Assembly: GCA_963779415.1 (NCBI GenBank)
Contig: CAVZYA010000002.1
Span: 1,152,001-1,216,000 of the forward strand
DNA length: 64,000 nt
DNA from: an uncultured Acidobacteriota bacterium
GTDB lineage: Bacteria > Acidobacteriota > Thermoanaerobaculia > UBA5066
Reading direction: 5' to 3'
Shown: piece by piece, positions 43,422 through 52,758 of the stretch
Numbering within the stretch: the stretch's first letter is position 1
Layout of the letters: each line of letters starts with the position of its first letter
Translations under genes and position numbers: made by a program
Notes under the pieces: generated by a model
Told to the model about the DNA's origin: nothing
Seen by the model: the letters and a program-made list of their open reading frames with translations, nothing else
The model's database searches: none

Positions 43422-44839
43422 GCGTCTTTTACGACCGCTTCGAGCGCCACTCGCACGGCGAGGGGTTGAAGGCGAATGCCACCCACTATTGCCCGGGGTG
43501 CGGGCACGGTCTCGCCCACAAGTACCTCGCGGAGGCGATCGAGGAGCTCGGGATCCAGGACCGGACGATCGCGATCTCGCCGGTGGGCTGCTCCGTCTTC
43601 CTCTATTACTATTTCGACGTCGGGAACTCGCAGGCCGCCCATGGCCGGGCCCCCGCCGTCGGCCTCGGACACAAGCTGGCCAATCCCGACTCGATCGTCG
43701 TCTCCTATCAGGGGGACGGGGACCTCGCGTCGATCGGCCTCGCGGAGATCGTCTGGGCCTGCCAGCTCGGGATTCCGATGACCTTCGTCTTCATCAACAA
43801 CGCGATCTACGGGATGACGGGCGGCCAGATGGCGCCGACGACGCTCATGGGACAGAAGACCTCCACGAGCCCGTTCGGGCGCGACCGCCTCTGCGGACCG
43901 CCGATGAAGATGGCGGAGCTCGTCGCCGGGCTGGAGACGCCCATCTATGTCGAACGCGTCGCGCTCTACGACTCGAAGCAGCGGATGCGCGCGAAAAAAG
44001 CGATCCTGAAGGGGATGAGGCTGCAGACCGAGGGGCGCGGCCTCTCGTTCATCGAGGTCCTTGCCGAGTGCCCGACGCACCTCAAGATGACGCCGGAAGA
44101 GTCCGAGAAGTGGGTCAAGGAGCAGATGGTCCCGGTCTTTCCGCTCGGGGTGAAGAAGGACGTCGTTGCCGAGCCGTGGTTCCATCCCGCCAAGCCGACG
44201 TTCGATCCCGCAAAGGTTCTCGGGGTCGTCGAGGGGACGACGGAGCCCGCGCCGCGCTACGCCTCCGGGTTCCCGGCGCACCTCCACGCCCACGACATCT
44301 CGCTGAAGCTGGCGGGGTCCGGAGGCGACGGCGCCCAGACGGCCGCCATGCTCATCGCCACGGCCGCGATCAACGAGGGGTTCGACGCCACGCACATCCC
44401 CAGCTACGGCCCCGAGTCGCGAGGGGGGACGTCGTACGCGGACGTCCACGTCGCCTCGGAAGAGGTTCTCTCCCCCGCGGCGCCGCATCCCGACATCCTC
44501 ATCGCGTTCAACGCGCCGAGCCTCGCGAAGTTCGGCCCGATCGTGCCGCCGGGCGGGACGATCCTCTACGACAGCTCCGTCGTCTCCACGGTGCCGGCGT
44601 TCGACCCGCGCGTGAGGGTCCTCGGCGTCCCGTTCACCGAGATCGCCGTCGGGCTCGGCAAGGCCGTCGTGAAGAACATCGTGGCGCTCGGCGCCCTCCA
44701 GGCCTCCACGAACCTCTTCCCGAAAGAGAGCTTCCTGACCGCCGTCCGGCACGCGCTCAAGGACAAGGCCAAGCTGATCCCGATGAACGAGGCGGCATTC
44801 GACGCCGGCCGTAGCGCCCTCTCTCCCGTGACGACGTGA
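43418..44839 (+). CDS. 2-oxoacid:ferredoxin oxidoreductase beta-gamma fusion
   Basis: YCPGCGHG, HGRA, GDGDLASIG..NN TPP motif, then AGSGGDG, YGPESRGG. ATG overlaps the upstream stop. Confidence 0.92.
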   Translation: MSVFYDRFERHSHGEGLKANATHYCPGCGHGLAHKYLAEAIEELGIQDRTIAISPVGCSVFLYYYFDVGNSQAAHGRAPAVGLGHKLANPDSIVVSYQGDGDLASIGLAEIVWACQLGIPMTFVFINNAIYGMTGGQMAPTTLMGQKTSTSPFGRDRLCGPPMKMAELVAGLETPIYVERVALYDSKQRMRAKKAILKGMRLQTEGRGLSFIEVLAECPTHLKMTPEESEKWVKEQMVPVFPLGVKKDVVAEPWFHPAKPTFDPAKVLGVVEGTTEPAPRYASGFPAHLHAHDISLKLAGSGGDGAQTAAMLIATAAINEGFDATHIPSYGPESRGGTSYADVHVASEEVLSPAAPHPDILIAFNAPSLAKFGPIVPPGGTILYDSSVVSTVPAFDPRVRVLGVPFTEIAVGLGKAVVKNIVALGALQASTNLFPKESFLTAVRHALKDKAKLIPMNEAAFDAGRSALSPVTT

Positions 44840-44861
44840 GCGGCGGCAAAAGGAGATCTCC

Positions 44862-45152
44862 ATGAGCGAGCCCAGGGTCACGGTCTTGCTGAGCGCGGAC
44901 GAATGGCGCTTCGTCTCGGACCTCCGGGCGCTCCCCTCGTCGCCTCTCAGGGACCGGGCGCTCGCCCTCTTCAACGCCGTTCTCGTCCTCGCGCGCGAGC
45001 CGCGCTGTGCCGAGGTCCAGGCGGACGGCGTCCCCTGCTCGACGCCGAGCCAGAGCTGCGACCAGTGCCTTCACCTCGACGAGATGCTGGATCTGCTCCG
45101 GCGGCGGGCCTTCGAAGCCGTGGAGCCGCCGGGCGCCGTCCGGAAGCGGTGA
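44862..45152 (+). CDS. Small Cys-rich hypothetical protein
   Basis: AAGGAG RBS; CAEVQADGVPCSTPSQSCDQC. Confidence 0.7.
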   Translation: MSEPRVTVLLSADEWRFVSDLRALPSSPLRDRALALFNAVLVLAREPRCAEVQADGVPCSTPSQSCDQCLHLDEMLDLLRRRAFEAVEPPGAVRKR

Positions 45153-45217
45153 GGCAAACGGCTCATGAACGGTCCGGAGCGGGGCGGGCGAGCCTTGCGC
45201 GGGAGGGTGATGCGCGC

Positions 45218-46273
45218 ATGACCGGTCGTCTCCCGGCGCTCCTCGCGGCGGCGCTTCTGCTTGCCGTCCCGACGGTTCGGGGTGTCGATGTCGCGAAGGA
45301 CGAAGTGGATACCTGCCTCTCCTGTCACGGGGAGAAGAGCCTCGAGAAGAAACTGCCGAGCGGCGAGGTGAAGTCGCTCTTCGTGGACCGCGCCACCTTC
45401 GAGAAATCGGTCCACGGCGCCAAGCTGGGCTGCACCGGCTGCCACCCGGGCTACCAGGAGATTCCCCACCCCGAGCGTCCCGCGAAGGATCTCGCCTCCT
45501 TTACGGCCTCGTTCCGCGAGACGTGCCGGAGCTGCCATTTCGCCAACTACACCAAGGCCCTCGACGGCGTCCACTTCGCGGCCCTCTCGAAGGGAAACTC
45601 GGCCGCCCCCTTCTGCGTCGACTGCCACGGCTCCCACGACATCACCAAGCCCAACGAGCCGCGGACGAGGATCTCCGACACTTGCGGGACCTGCCATTCG
45701 ACCGAAGCCGAGCAGTATGCCGAGAGCGTCCACGGCAAGGCGCTCGCGGAGACGAACAACCCGGACGTTCCCGTCTGCACCGACTGCCACAAGTCGCACG
45801 CCATCGCCGACCCGAGAGGACAGACCTGGCGCATGAGCTCCCCCGAGACGTGCGGTCACTGTCACACGGACAAGGCCCGGATGGAGAAGTACGGCCTTTC
45901 GACGAACGTCTACCGTTCGTACCTCGACGACTTCCACGGCCGGAGCGCCTCGCTCATCGCAGGGCAGAAGAAGCAGGCGAAGAAGATCGTCGCCATCTGC
46001 GTCGACTGCCACGGCGTCCACGACATCGAGCGGGTGAAGGACGCGGGCTCGAAGGTCCTCAAGAAGAACCTGCAGGCGACCTGCGCGAAGTGCCATCCCG
46101 GCGCGCCGCCGAACTTCCCGGCGGCCTGGCTCTCGCACTACGAGCCGAGCCCGAAGAGAGCGCCGCTGGTCTGGGCGACGGCGCTCTTCTACCGGATTCT
46201 GATCCCCGTGATGATCGGAGGGCTCGTCCTCCAGGTCCTCCTGCACCTCTGGCGCGTGGTGGTGAACCGATGA
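45218..46273 (+). CDS. Multiheme cytochrome c (9 CxxCH) with C-terminal membrane anchor
   Basis: CLSCH, CTGCH, CRSCH, CVDCH, CGTCH, CTDCH, CGHCH, CVDCH, CAKCH; signal peptide. Confidence 0.93.
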   Translation: MTGRLPALLAAALLLAVPTVRGVDVAKDEVDTCLSCHGEKSLEKKLPSGEVKSLFVDRATFEKSVHGAKLGCTGCHPGYQEIPHPERPAKDLASFTASFRETCRSCHFANYTKALDGVHFAALSKGNSAAPFCVDCHGSHDITKPNEPRTRISDTCGTCHSTEAEQYAESVHGKALAETNNPDVPVCTDCHKSHAIADPRGQTWRMSSPETCGHCHTDKARMEKYGLSTNVYRSYLDDFHGRSASLIAGQKKQAKKIVAICVDCHGVHDIERVKDAGSKVLKKNLQATCAKCHPGAPPNFPAAWLSHYEPSPKRAPLVWATALFYRILIPVMIGGLVLQVLLHLWRVVVNR

Positions 46274-46996
46274 GCCGGTACGTCGTCCGCTTCTCGAAAA
46301 AACAGCGCGCCGAGCATCTCATCGTCATGATGCTCTTCGTGACGCTCGCCGTGACGGGCTTTCCGCAGAAGTTCTACGAAGCCCGCTGGGCCGGGGTCAT
46401 CGTGAACGCGATCGGCGGCCTCGACCGCGTCCGGTTCTTCCACCGGATGGCCGGCCTCCTCTTCAGCGTGGCGACGATCTTCCACGTCGTGCTGATCACC
46501 GTGCTCGCCCTCGCCCGGAAGGCCGGGATGACGATGGTGCCGACACGCCGCGATTTCCTGGACGCGATCCAGCAGATCCGCTGGTATCTCGGGCCTCGCG
46601 GAGGCCCCCGCGAAGTTCGACCGGTACGACTACCGGCAGAAGTTCGAATACTGGGGGATGCTGATCGGAAGCCTCGTCATGGTCGCCACGGGCCTCGTCC
46701 TCTACCTTCCGCTCCTCTTCACGCGCTTCTTCCCGGGCGAGCTCATCCCCGTGGCGCAGGTGGCCCACAGCAACGAGGGGCTGATGGCGTTCCTCGTCGT
46801 CATCACGTGGCACATCTACAACGCCCACCTCTCGCCGGACGTCTTCCCGTTCGACACCACCATCTTCACGGGCCGCATCTCCGAGGAGCGGATGCACCAC
46901 GAGCACCCTCTCGAGCTCGCGCGGCTGACCGGCGCGCCCGAGGAAGGGGCGGGCGGCGACGACCCGTCCTCCGGCGGCGCCGCGCCCCCGGCCTGA
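46270..46996 (+). CDS. Cytochrome b (FdnI/formate dehydrogenase gamma-like), frameshift near 46595
   Basis: RFSKKQRAEH, FFHRMAG, KFDRYDYRQKFEYWG, AHSNE, WHIYNAH motifs. Confidence 0.85.
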
Positions 46997-47004
46997 AGCC
47001 GGGA

Positions 47005-47955
47005 ATGTCCGGGACGCTTCTCTCCCTCGTCGTCCAGTCGGCAGCGGCCGCGGCGTCTGACCTCCGTTCTTCTGTCGACGTGGGGCGTCCGGCGCCCGGC
47101 AGCAAGACTCCGCTTCTGGCTTCTCGCTCTCGCCCTCCCCGTCGTTCTTCCGCCCCTCTTCGCGCTCGCGGCGCCGGTTCGCGCCTCGGAGCCGTTCCGG
47201 CGGAACGTGGCTCTCTTCGTCGCCACGCGCTGGGCGATGCTTCCTCTGGGAACGGGGCGTCTCGGGGGCGCCCTGGCGGCGGTCGTGGCGGCCGCCGGCC
47301 TCGCGCTCTTCCTGCGCGATCTCGTCCCGGCGCTCCGGCAGGGCTTCCACGTCCGGTCGCACGACGACGAAAGCGATCCCCGCGGGCGAGGAGATCGGGG
47401 ATCGCGTCGCGGCCCAGGCCGACCCGACGGGCGGTCGCGCCGCCGGCCACGGCCCTCGTTACGGACGACGAGGCGGCGTATCTCTACTGCCGCGGGCTCA
47501 CGCATCCGGTCGTCGCCGTCTCGACGGGCGCGCTCGCGGCGCTCTCGGACGAGGAGCTGGACGCGGCTCTCGCGCACGAAGTGGCCCACGTCGCGGGGAG
47601 GCACCTCCTCTTCGGCTGGGGCCTGATCGCCCTCCGCTCGCTCTTCTTCTTCAACCCCGTGGCCCAGATCGTCGGCCGGACGGCCGTCCTCGAGATGGAA
47701 CGCGCGGCGGACGACGATGCGGCGGCCGCGACGGGGCGCCCGGCAACCGTCGCCTCGGCGCTCGCGAAGCTCGGCGTCATGACCGACGATGACGGACTCA
47801 ACCTGCCGGGCGGCCTCCGATTCACGGCCGTCAAGGCGCGGCTCCTCCGGCTCGCGGAGCGGAAAGAAGGGATCGAAGGGGACGGTCTCGACGCCTTCCG
47901 GCTTTCCCTCGCGGGCGTGGGGATCGCTCTTCTCGTCTTCTTCGTGGTGCCGTGA
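47005..47955 (+). CDS. M56/M48 (BlaR1-like) membrane metallopeptidase, frameshifted
   Basis: VAVSTGALAALSDEELDAALAHEVAH, FFNPV, ERAADD motifs. Confidence 0.8.
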   Translation: MSGTLLSLVVQSAAAAASDLRSSVDVGRPAPGSKTPLLASRSRPPRRSSAPLRARGAGSRLGAVPAERGSLRRHALGDASSGNGASRGRPGGGRGGRRPRALPARSRPGAPAGLPRPVARRRKRSPRARRSGIASRPRPTRRAVAPPATALVTDDEAAYLYCRGLTHPVVAVSTGALAALSDEELDAALAHEVAHVAGRHLLFGWGLIALRSLFFFNPVAQIVGRTAVLEMERAADDDAAAATGRPATVASALAKLGVMTDDDGLNLPGGLRFTAVKARLLRLAERKEGIEGDGLDAFRLSLAGVGIALLVFFVVP

Positions 47956-48524
47956 GAGACGACGCCCTGGCCGTCCCGCTCCGCCCCGTCGCGGCTCTCG
48001 TCGGAAGGTTCATCGCCGTCCTCGGGGTGGTGGCCGCCTCCCTTCTCGTTCTCGATGCCGTGCCCGGGGTTCTCTCCGGTCTCGGCCGGGACGTCACCGC
48101 GTACCGGAGCGTGGAGGCGGCCGAGGCGGCGCTCGGGGCGAAGCTCCTCCTCCCCGCCTACTTCCCGGACGCGTACCGGTGGCCGCCCGAGGCGATCCGC
48201 ACCGTCTCGAAGCCGGTCCGTGCCGCGGCGCTCCTGATCGCGCCGCGCCGCGCGGGGACGGAGAAGATCCTCTTCGTCCAGTCGCTCGACGGCGACGTCG
48301 CTCTTCCCGAGTCGCTCCTTCCGGCCGGGAAAGAGGTTCATCGGGTTGCATTCGATCTCGAAGGGACTCCGGCCGTCATGGCGGACGTCATCCTTCCGCC
48401 CGACGGGACGTTCCACGACGTCGCCTTTCTCGCGGAGGGCCGGAGTATCGTCTTTCGTTTCCAGGGAGATCCCGAGGAGATCCTGAAGATGGCGGGGAGT
48501 CTCCCTCGCGGAGAGCCGCGATGA
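47952..48524 (+). CDS. Membrane-anchored hypothetical protein
   Basis: N-terminal TM segment, LLLPAYFPD; overlaps both neighbours by 4 nt. Confidence 0.75.
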   Translation: MRDDALAVPLRPVAALVGRFIAVLGVVAASLLVLDAVPGVLSGLGRDVTAYRSVEAAEAALGAKLLLPAYFPDAYRWPPEAIRTVSKPVRAAALLIAPRRAGTEKILFVQSLDGDVALPESLLPAGKEVHRVAFDLEGTPAVMADVILPPDGTFHDVAFLAEGRSIVFRFQGDPEEILKMAGSLPRGEPR

Positions 48525-50299
48525 GCGACGGGACACCGAGAACGGGGCGCCGGCTCGAAGGGCGTGCGATCGTCCTGATGATCATCGGGCTCGCCGTCCC
48601 CGCCCTTCTCTTCGGGCTCTCCGGCTTCCGGACGCTCCGGGAGTACCGGAAGGAGATCCTCGCCGAGCGCGAGAGGCTGGCGACGGCCATCGCCGGGCAC
48701 GTCAACGCGACGCTCCATGCGTCCCTCGGCGACCTCTGGGCGCTGCAGTCGGGTTCGGTCCCCGCGGAATCGGCCCGGGCACGGCTCCACGAGGCCCTGC
48801 TTCGCTCTCCCTTTCTCGACAGGGTCTGCCTCGCGAGCGCCTCGGGCGCCGTGACATGGCACGAGCCGTCTCACGCCCCGCTCCCGCCTGCCGACGCGAT
48901 CGATGCCGCGATCGCGGAGGCCCGGCGGACGTCGCAGGTGGCGTTCCGGACGGTCCCGAAGGAGCCGGCCGGCCTGGGCCTCATGATCGTCGTCCCTCTT
49001 TTCGGTTCCGGCGGGGAAGGCGCGGTCTGCGCCGGCGCCCTCCTCGACCCCGCCCGGCCGGAGCTCGCCTCGATCCTTGAGACGGGACTCGTCGGCGTCG
49101 GGGCGTCCGTGGACGTCGTGGATGCGTCGGGACGGGTCCTCGCGTCTTCCCGTGCCGGCCGGGTCGGTCTGACGGTGATGCTGCCGGCGGCGGCCGGCCG
49201 TTCGGCCGCGGCCGTCGAGCAGGGGGAGGTCGTCGCCTCCGCGCCGCTCACGATTCTTCCTCTCGCGGTCGTCGTCCGGCAGGAAGAGGAGGAGTTTCTC
49301 GCGCCGCTCCACGCGGCCGAGCGGCGCGTCCTCGTCGCGGCTCCGTTCATCCTCGTGCTCGTGATCCTCTTCGCGTGGGGTGCCGCGCGCAGCCTGACCC
49401 AGCCGATCGCGGTCCTGACGTCGGCCGCGGAGCGAATTGCCGGGGGAGAGCTCTCTCGCGAGATCCCGCCTCTCGGCGAAGACGAGGTGGGCCGCCTCGG
49501 CCGTTCGCTCGAGACGATGCGTGGCAAGCTGTCGGAGGCCTTCGAGCGCGACCGGCGCGTGCAGGAAGAGCTGGAGCGTCGCGTGACCGAGCGGACGCAC
49601 GACCTTCTGGCGCTGACCCGCGAGCTGAAGGACCGGGACGAGCGGCGGGCATGGCTTCTCGGGAAGTTCATCCGTGCGCAGGAGGAGGAGCGAAAGCGGA
49701 TCGCCCGCGAGCTTCACGACGAGACGTGCCAGACCGTGGCGGCTCTCTCCGTTGCCGTCGACACGGCGCTCGCGATGCCGCCCGATCCCGAGCGGCGCCG
49801 GCTCGGCGAGATCAAGGATCTCGCGGCCCGCGCGCTCGCGGAGGTGCACCGCGTCATCTACGATCTTCGCCCCTCGGTTCTCGACGACCTCGGCCTCGCG
49901 GCGGCCGTCCGCTGGCTCGGAGAGAGGCACCTCGCGCCGCTCGGCATCGCGTTCCGGTGCGAGATCGAAGGGCTCGACGAGCGCCTTCCCGTCGAAGTCG
50001 AGACGGCGGTCTTCCGTGTCGTCCAGGAGGCGCTCATGAACATCGTGCGCCACGCCCGGGCCGAGAGCGTCCTCGTCCAGATGGAGCGGAGGAACCACCG
50101 GCTCGAGATCGAGGTGGAGGACGACGGGCGCGGATTCGAGCCGGAGTCGGTCACGACGCCGGAGTCGTCGGGGCGCGGCTTGGGCCTTCTCGGCATCCGT
50201 GAGAGAGTCGAGCTCCTGGGAGGGAAGGTGACGATCGAATCGGCGCCGGACCAGGGAACACGCGTGGCGGTCTTCGTCCCGATCCCCGAAGGGGCCTGA
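48521..50299 (+). CDS. HAMP sensor histidine kinase (HisKA_3/NarX-like)
   Basis: EEERKRIARELHD, QEALMNIVRHA, DDGRGF, GLGLLGIRER motifs. Confidence 0.94.
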   Translation: MSDGTPRTGRRLEGRAIVLMIIGLAVPALLFGLSGFRTLREYRKEILAERERLATAIAGHVNATLHASLGDLWALQSGSVPAESARARLHEALLRSPFLDRVCLASASGAVTWHEPSHAPLPPADAIDAAIAEARRTSQVAFRTVPKEPAGLGLMIVVPLFGSGGEGAVCAGALLDPARPELASILETGLVGVGASVDVVDASGRVLASSRAGRVGLTVMLPAAAGRSAAAVEQGEVVASAPLTILPLAVVVRQEEEEFLAPLHAAERRVLVAAPFILVLVILFAWGAARSLTQPIAVLTSAAERIAGGELSREIPPLGEDEVGRLGRSLETMRGKLSEAFERDRRVQEELERRVTERTHDLLALTRELKDRDERRAWLLGKFIRAQEEERKRIARELHDETCQTVAALSVAVDTALAMPPDPERRRLGEIKDLAARALAEVHRVIYDLRPSVLDDLGLAAAVRWLGERHLAPLGIAFRCEIEGLDERLPVEVETAVFRVVQEALMNIVRHARAESVLVQMERRNHRLEIEVEDDGRGFEPESVTTPESSGRGLGLLGIRERVELLGGKVTIESAPDQGTRVAVFVPIPEGA

Positions 50300-50300
50300 C

Positions 50301-50948
50301 GTGGCGAAGATCCGCGTCGTCATCGCCGACGATCACGCCCTCCTTCGGGAAGGGATCCGCGCCCTCCTCTCCCGCGAGAGCGACATCGAGGTCGTCGGGG
50401 AGGCCCCCGACGGGCGCGAGGCGATCGCGCGCTGCCGGACGATGAAGCCGGACGTCGTCCTGATGGACATCGCGATGCCGGGACTCGGGGGCCTCGAGGC
50501 GTCGCTCGAGATCCGCAAGGAGTGTCCCGAGACCCGGATCCTCGTCCTGACGCAGTACGAGGACCGCGAGTACGTGGCCCGGTTCCTCAAGGCCGGCGCC
50601 GCGGGCTACGTCCTGAAGCGGACGGCCGGGTCGGAGCTGGCTTCGGCGATCCGGAGCGTCCACCGGGGAGGGCTCGTCCTCGATCCGCAGGTGGCGCGCG
50701 AGGCGCTTCGCGAGAACGAGCCCGCGGTCGAGGCGGGCAGCGACCGCTACGAGTCGCTCACCGACCGCGAGAAGCAGGTTCTGAAGCTCGTCGCGGAAGG
50801 GAAGAGCAACAAGGAGGTCGCCGAGCTGCTGGGGATCTCGGTGAAGACGGCGATGTCGCACCGGGAGCACGTCATGGAGAAACTGGGCCTCCACAACCGC
50901 ACCGACCTGATCCGCTTCGCCCTCAAGGCGGGCGTCATCACGTCCTGA
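50301..50948 (+). CDS. NarL/LuxR family response regulator
   Basis: ADDH, MDIAMP, LTDREKQVL HTH. Confidence 0.95.
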   Translation: MAKIRVVIADDHALLREGIRALLSRESDIEVVGEAPDGREAIARCRTMKPDVVLMDIAMPGLGGLEASLEIRKECPETRILVLTQYEDREYVARFLKAGAAGYVLKRTAGSELASAIRSVHRGGLVLDPQVAREALRENEPAVEAGSDRYESLTDREKQVLKLVAEGKSNKEVAELLGISVKTAMSHREHVMEKLGLHNRTDLIRFALKAGVITS

Positions 50949-50951
50949 GGC

Positions 50952-52151
50952 TTACTTCTTCCCGTCTTCGGGCCTGGATCTTACGCCGGGCCGACAGAGG
51001 ACGCCGCCGGGGTTTCGCGCGTAGAGAACCGGCACGGCCCAGTCGAGCGCGTCCTCTCCGAGCGTTCCGGCGAGGCCGGCGCGCGCTTCCCGGAACGCGG
51101 TCGCGACCGGAAGCCCGTCCGCGATCGCGCCGTAGAGCTCGGCCGAGAACGCGACGGCCGCATCGTCGAAGATCCGGTACTGGTTCGCGGCGACCGCCGG
51201 GAGTCCGGCGTGAGCGAGCGCGGGGGCGACGCCGCGAAGAAAGTCGCGCCGGCCGCCGCGCCCCGTTTCGCAGGCGTTCAGGACCACGAGGAGGAGTCCC
51301 CGCCCCGACGCGAAGCGGGCGAGCGCTTCGGCGGAGAGCCGTCGCGCGCGGCCCCGCCCGTCCTCCAGAAAGAGGGCGCCGCTTCGCTCCTTCTCGTCGT
51401 ACTCGCCGTGCCCGACGAAGTGAAGGACGTCGAATTTTCCGCTCCGAAGCTTTCCGTGGAGAGTCTCCGGCGTCGCCTTCGGGAGGATTTCGAGCGAGGC
51501 GGCGCCCCGCGCGAGAAGCGGCGCGAAGGCCGCCCGCAGGGAGTCCTCTTCCCGGCGTGCCGCGAGGGGAGCCATCCCCGCCGGTCGCGCGGCGGCGAAG
51601 AGGATCCGGAGGGGGCCGCGTCGCGCGCGCGGGGCCTCGGCGGGGACGGCAGAGAAGACGTTCCGGACGATCGTGGCCGGGCCGTGCGCCAGGAACGTCC
51701 GGCGCGCCGGATCGAAGGCGAGCTCCCACGGCTTCCCGGCGACCCAGTCGAGCGCGGAGGTGAAGACGAGCGGAACGGGCGCACCCGGGGAGCGGGCGAC
51801 GGCCGCATCCCAGAGGCGCCGGATGTCGCCCGGAAAGAGCGCCTCGAAGAGCGCCGTCCCGTACCGGACGAGCTCCTTCCCTCCCGGGAGCGACGAGAAC
51901 GGCGCGCGCCCGTCGAGCGCGCGGAGGAGCCGCTCGTTCAGCTCGACGATCCGGCGCATCCGCTCTCCCGCCTCGCCCCCTTTCGTCTCGAAAGGGGTCA
52001 CGACGGTCGCGCCGGCGTACGACGCGACGAGCTGGGCCTGCGAGAGAGACTCTCCCGGCGCGAGGACGACGAGGTCGAAGCGCTCCGAGGCGGGGAAGGA
52101 TGCGCGGGTCGCTCTTCGCCGCGGCAGACGGCGTCCCTCCGTGGAGTTCAT
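50952..52151 (-). CDS. CHAT (caspase-like) domain protein
   Basis: PWEL, VLHFVGHG (His), VVLNACETG (Cys), DWAVPVLY motifs. Confidence 0.88.
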   Translation of the reverse strand: MNSTEGRRLPRRRATRASFPASERFDLVVLAPGESLSQAQLVASYAGATVVTPFETKGGEAGERMRRIVELNERLLRALDGRAPFSSLPGGKELVRYGTALFEALFPGDIRRLWDAAVARSPGAPVPLVFTSALDWVAGKPWELAFDPARRTFLAHGPATIVRNVFSAVPAEAPRARRGPLRILFAAARPAGMAPLAARREEDSLRAAFAPLLARGAASLEILPKATPETLHGKLRSGKFDVLHFVGHGEYDEKERSGALFLEDGRGRARRLSAEALARFASGRGLLLVVLNACETGRGGRRDFLRGVAPALAHAGLPAVAANQYRIFDDAAVAFSAELYGAIADGLPVATAFREARAGLAGTLGEDALDWAVPVLYARNPGGVLCRPGVRSRPEDGKK

Positions 52152-52182
52152 CGTCCCCGAGTCTAACGGGGCGGGAAACGGG

Positions 52183-52731
52183 TCACTTCTTCGGGAGGAT
52201 CGTCTCGAGCTTCGAGGTCAGCTCGGCGGAGACCGGGTCCACGCGGGAGCCGAATCGCGCCACGATCCTGCCGTCCGGGCCGATCAGGAACTTGTTGAAG
52301 TTCCACGTGATGGCCCCCGCGAACCCCTCCTGCGTCGTGAGCCATCGATAGAGAGGCGCGATGTCGCTCCCCTTGACGCTGATCTTCGAGAAGATCGGAA
52401 ACGTGACGTGGTATTTCGACGTGCAGAACTGCTTGATCTCCGGATCGGTGCCGGGCTCCTGCCAGAGGAAGTTGTTCGCCGGGAAGGCGAGGACGACGAA
52501 GCCCCGGTCCCGGTACTTCTCGTAAAGCTCCTCGAGACCGGCGTACTGCGGCGTGAAGCCGCACTTCGAAGCCGTGTTGACGACGAGGACGACCTGCCCC
52601 TTGAAGGCCGAGAGCGGCTGCTCCACGCCGTCGACCGTCTTCATCGTAAAGTCGAAGAGGGTGGTCGGGGTGGCCGCGGCCGAAGCCCGTGTGACTGCGA
52701 CGAGGGCAAGGAGCGTGACCGCCGTCTTCAT
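52183..52731 (-). CDS. Glutathione peroxidase family protein, exported
   Basis: VNTASKCGFTPQY, AFPANNF, WNFNKFLI motifs; signal peptide. Confidence 0.95.
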   Translation of the reverse strand: MKTAVTLLALVAVTRASAAATPTTLFDFTMKTVDGVEQPLSAFKGQVVLVVNTASKCGFTPQYAGLEELYEKYRDRGFVVLAFPANNFLWQEPGTDPEIKQFCTSKYHVTFPIFSKISVKGSDIAPLYRWLTTQEGFAGAITWNFNKFLIGPDGRIVARFGSRVDPVSAELTSKLETILPKK

Positions 52732-52758
52732 GGGTTTCTCTTTTCTCCTTCGGGGAAC

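Noticed and set aside
50952-52151. CHAT protein as part of a CRISPR-associated or NLR-type defence system
   Set aside because: No Cas7-11, TPR, STAND NTPase or gasdermin-like gene is nearby.
52183-52731. Selenocysteine glutathione peroxidase
   Set aside because: The active site is Cys (ASKCG) with no in-frame TGA.
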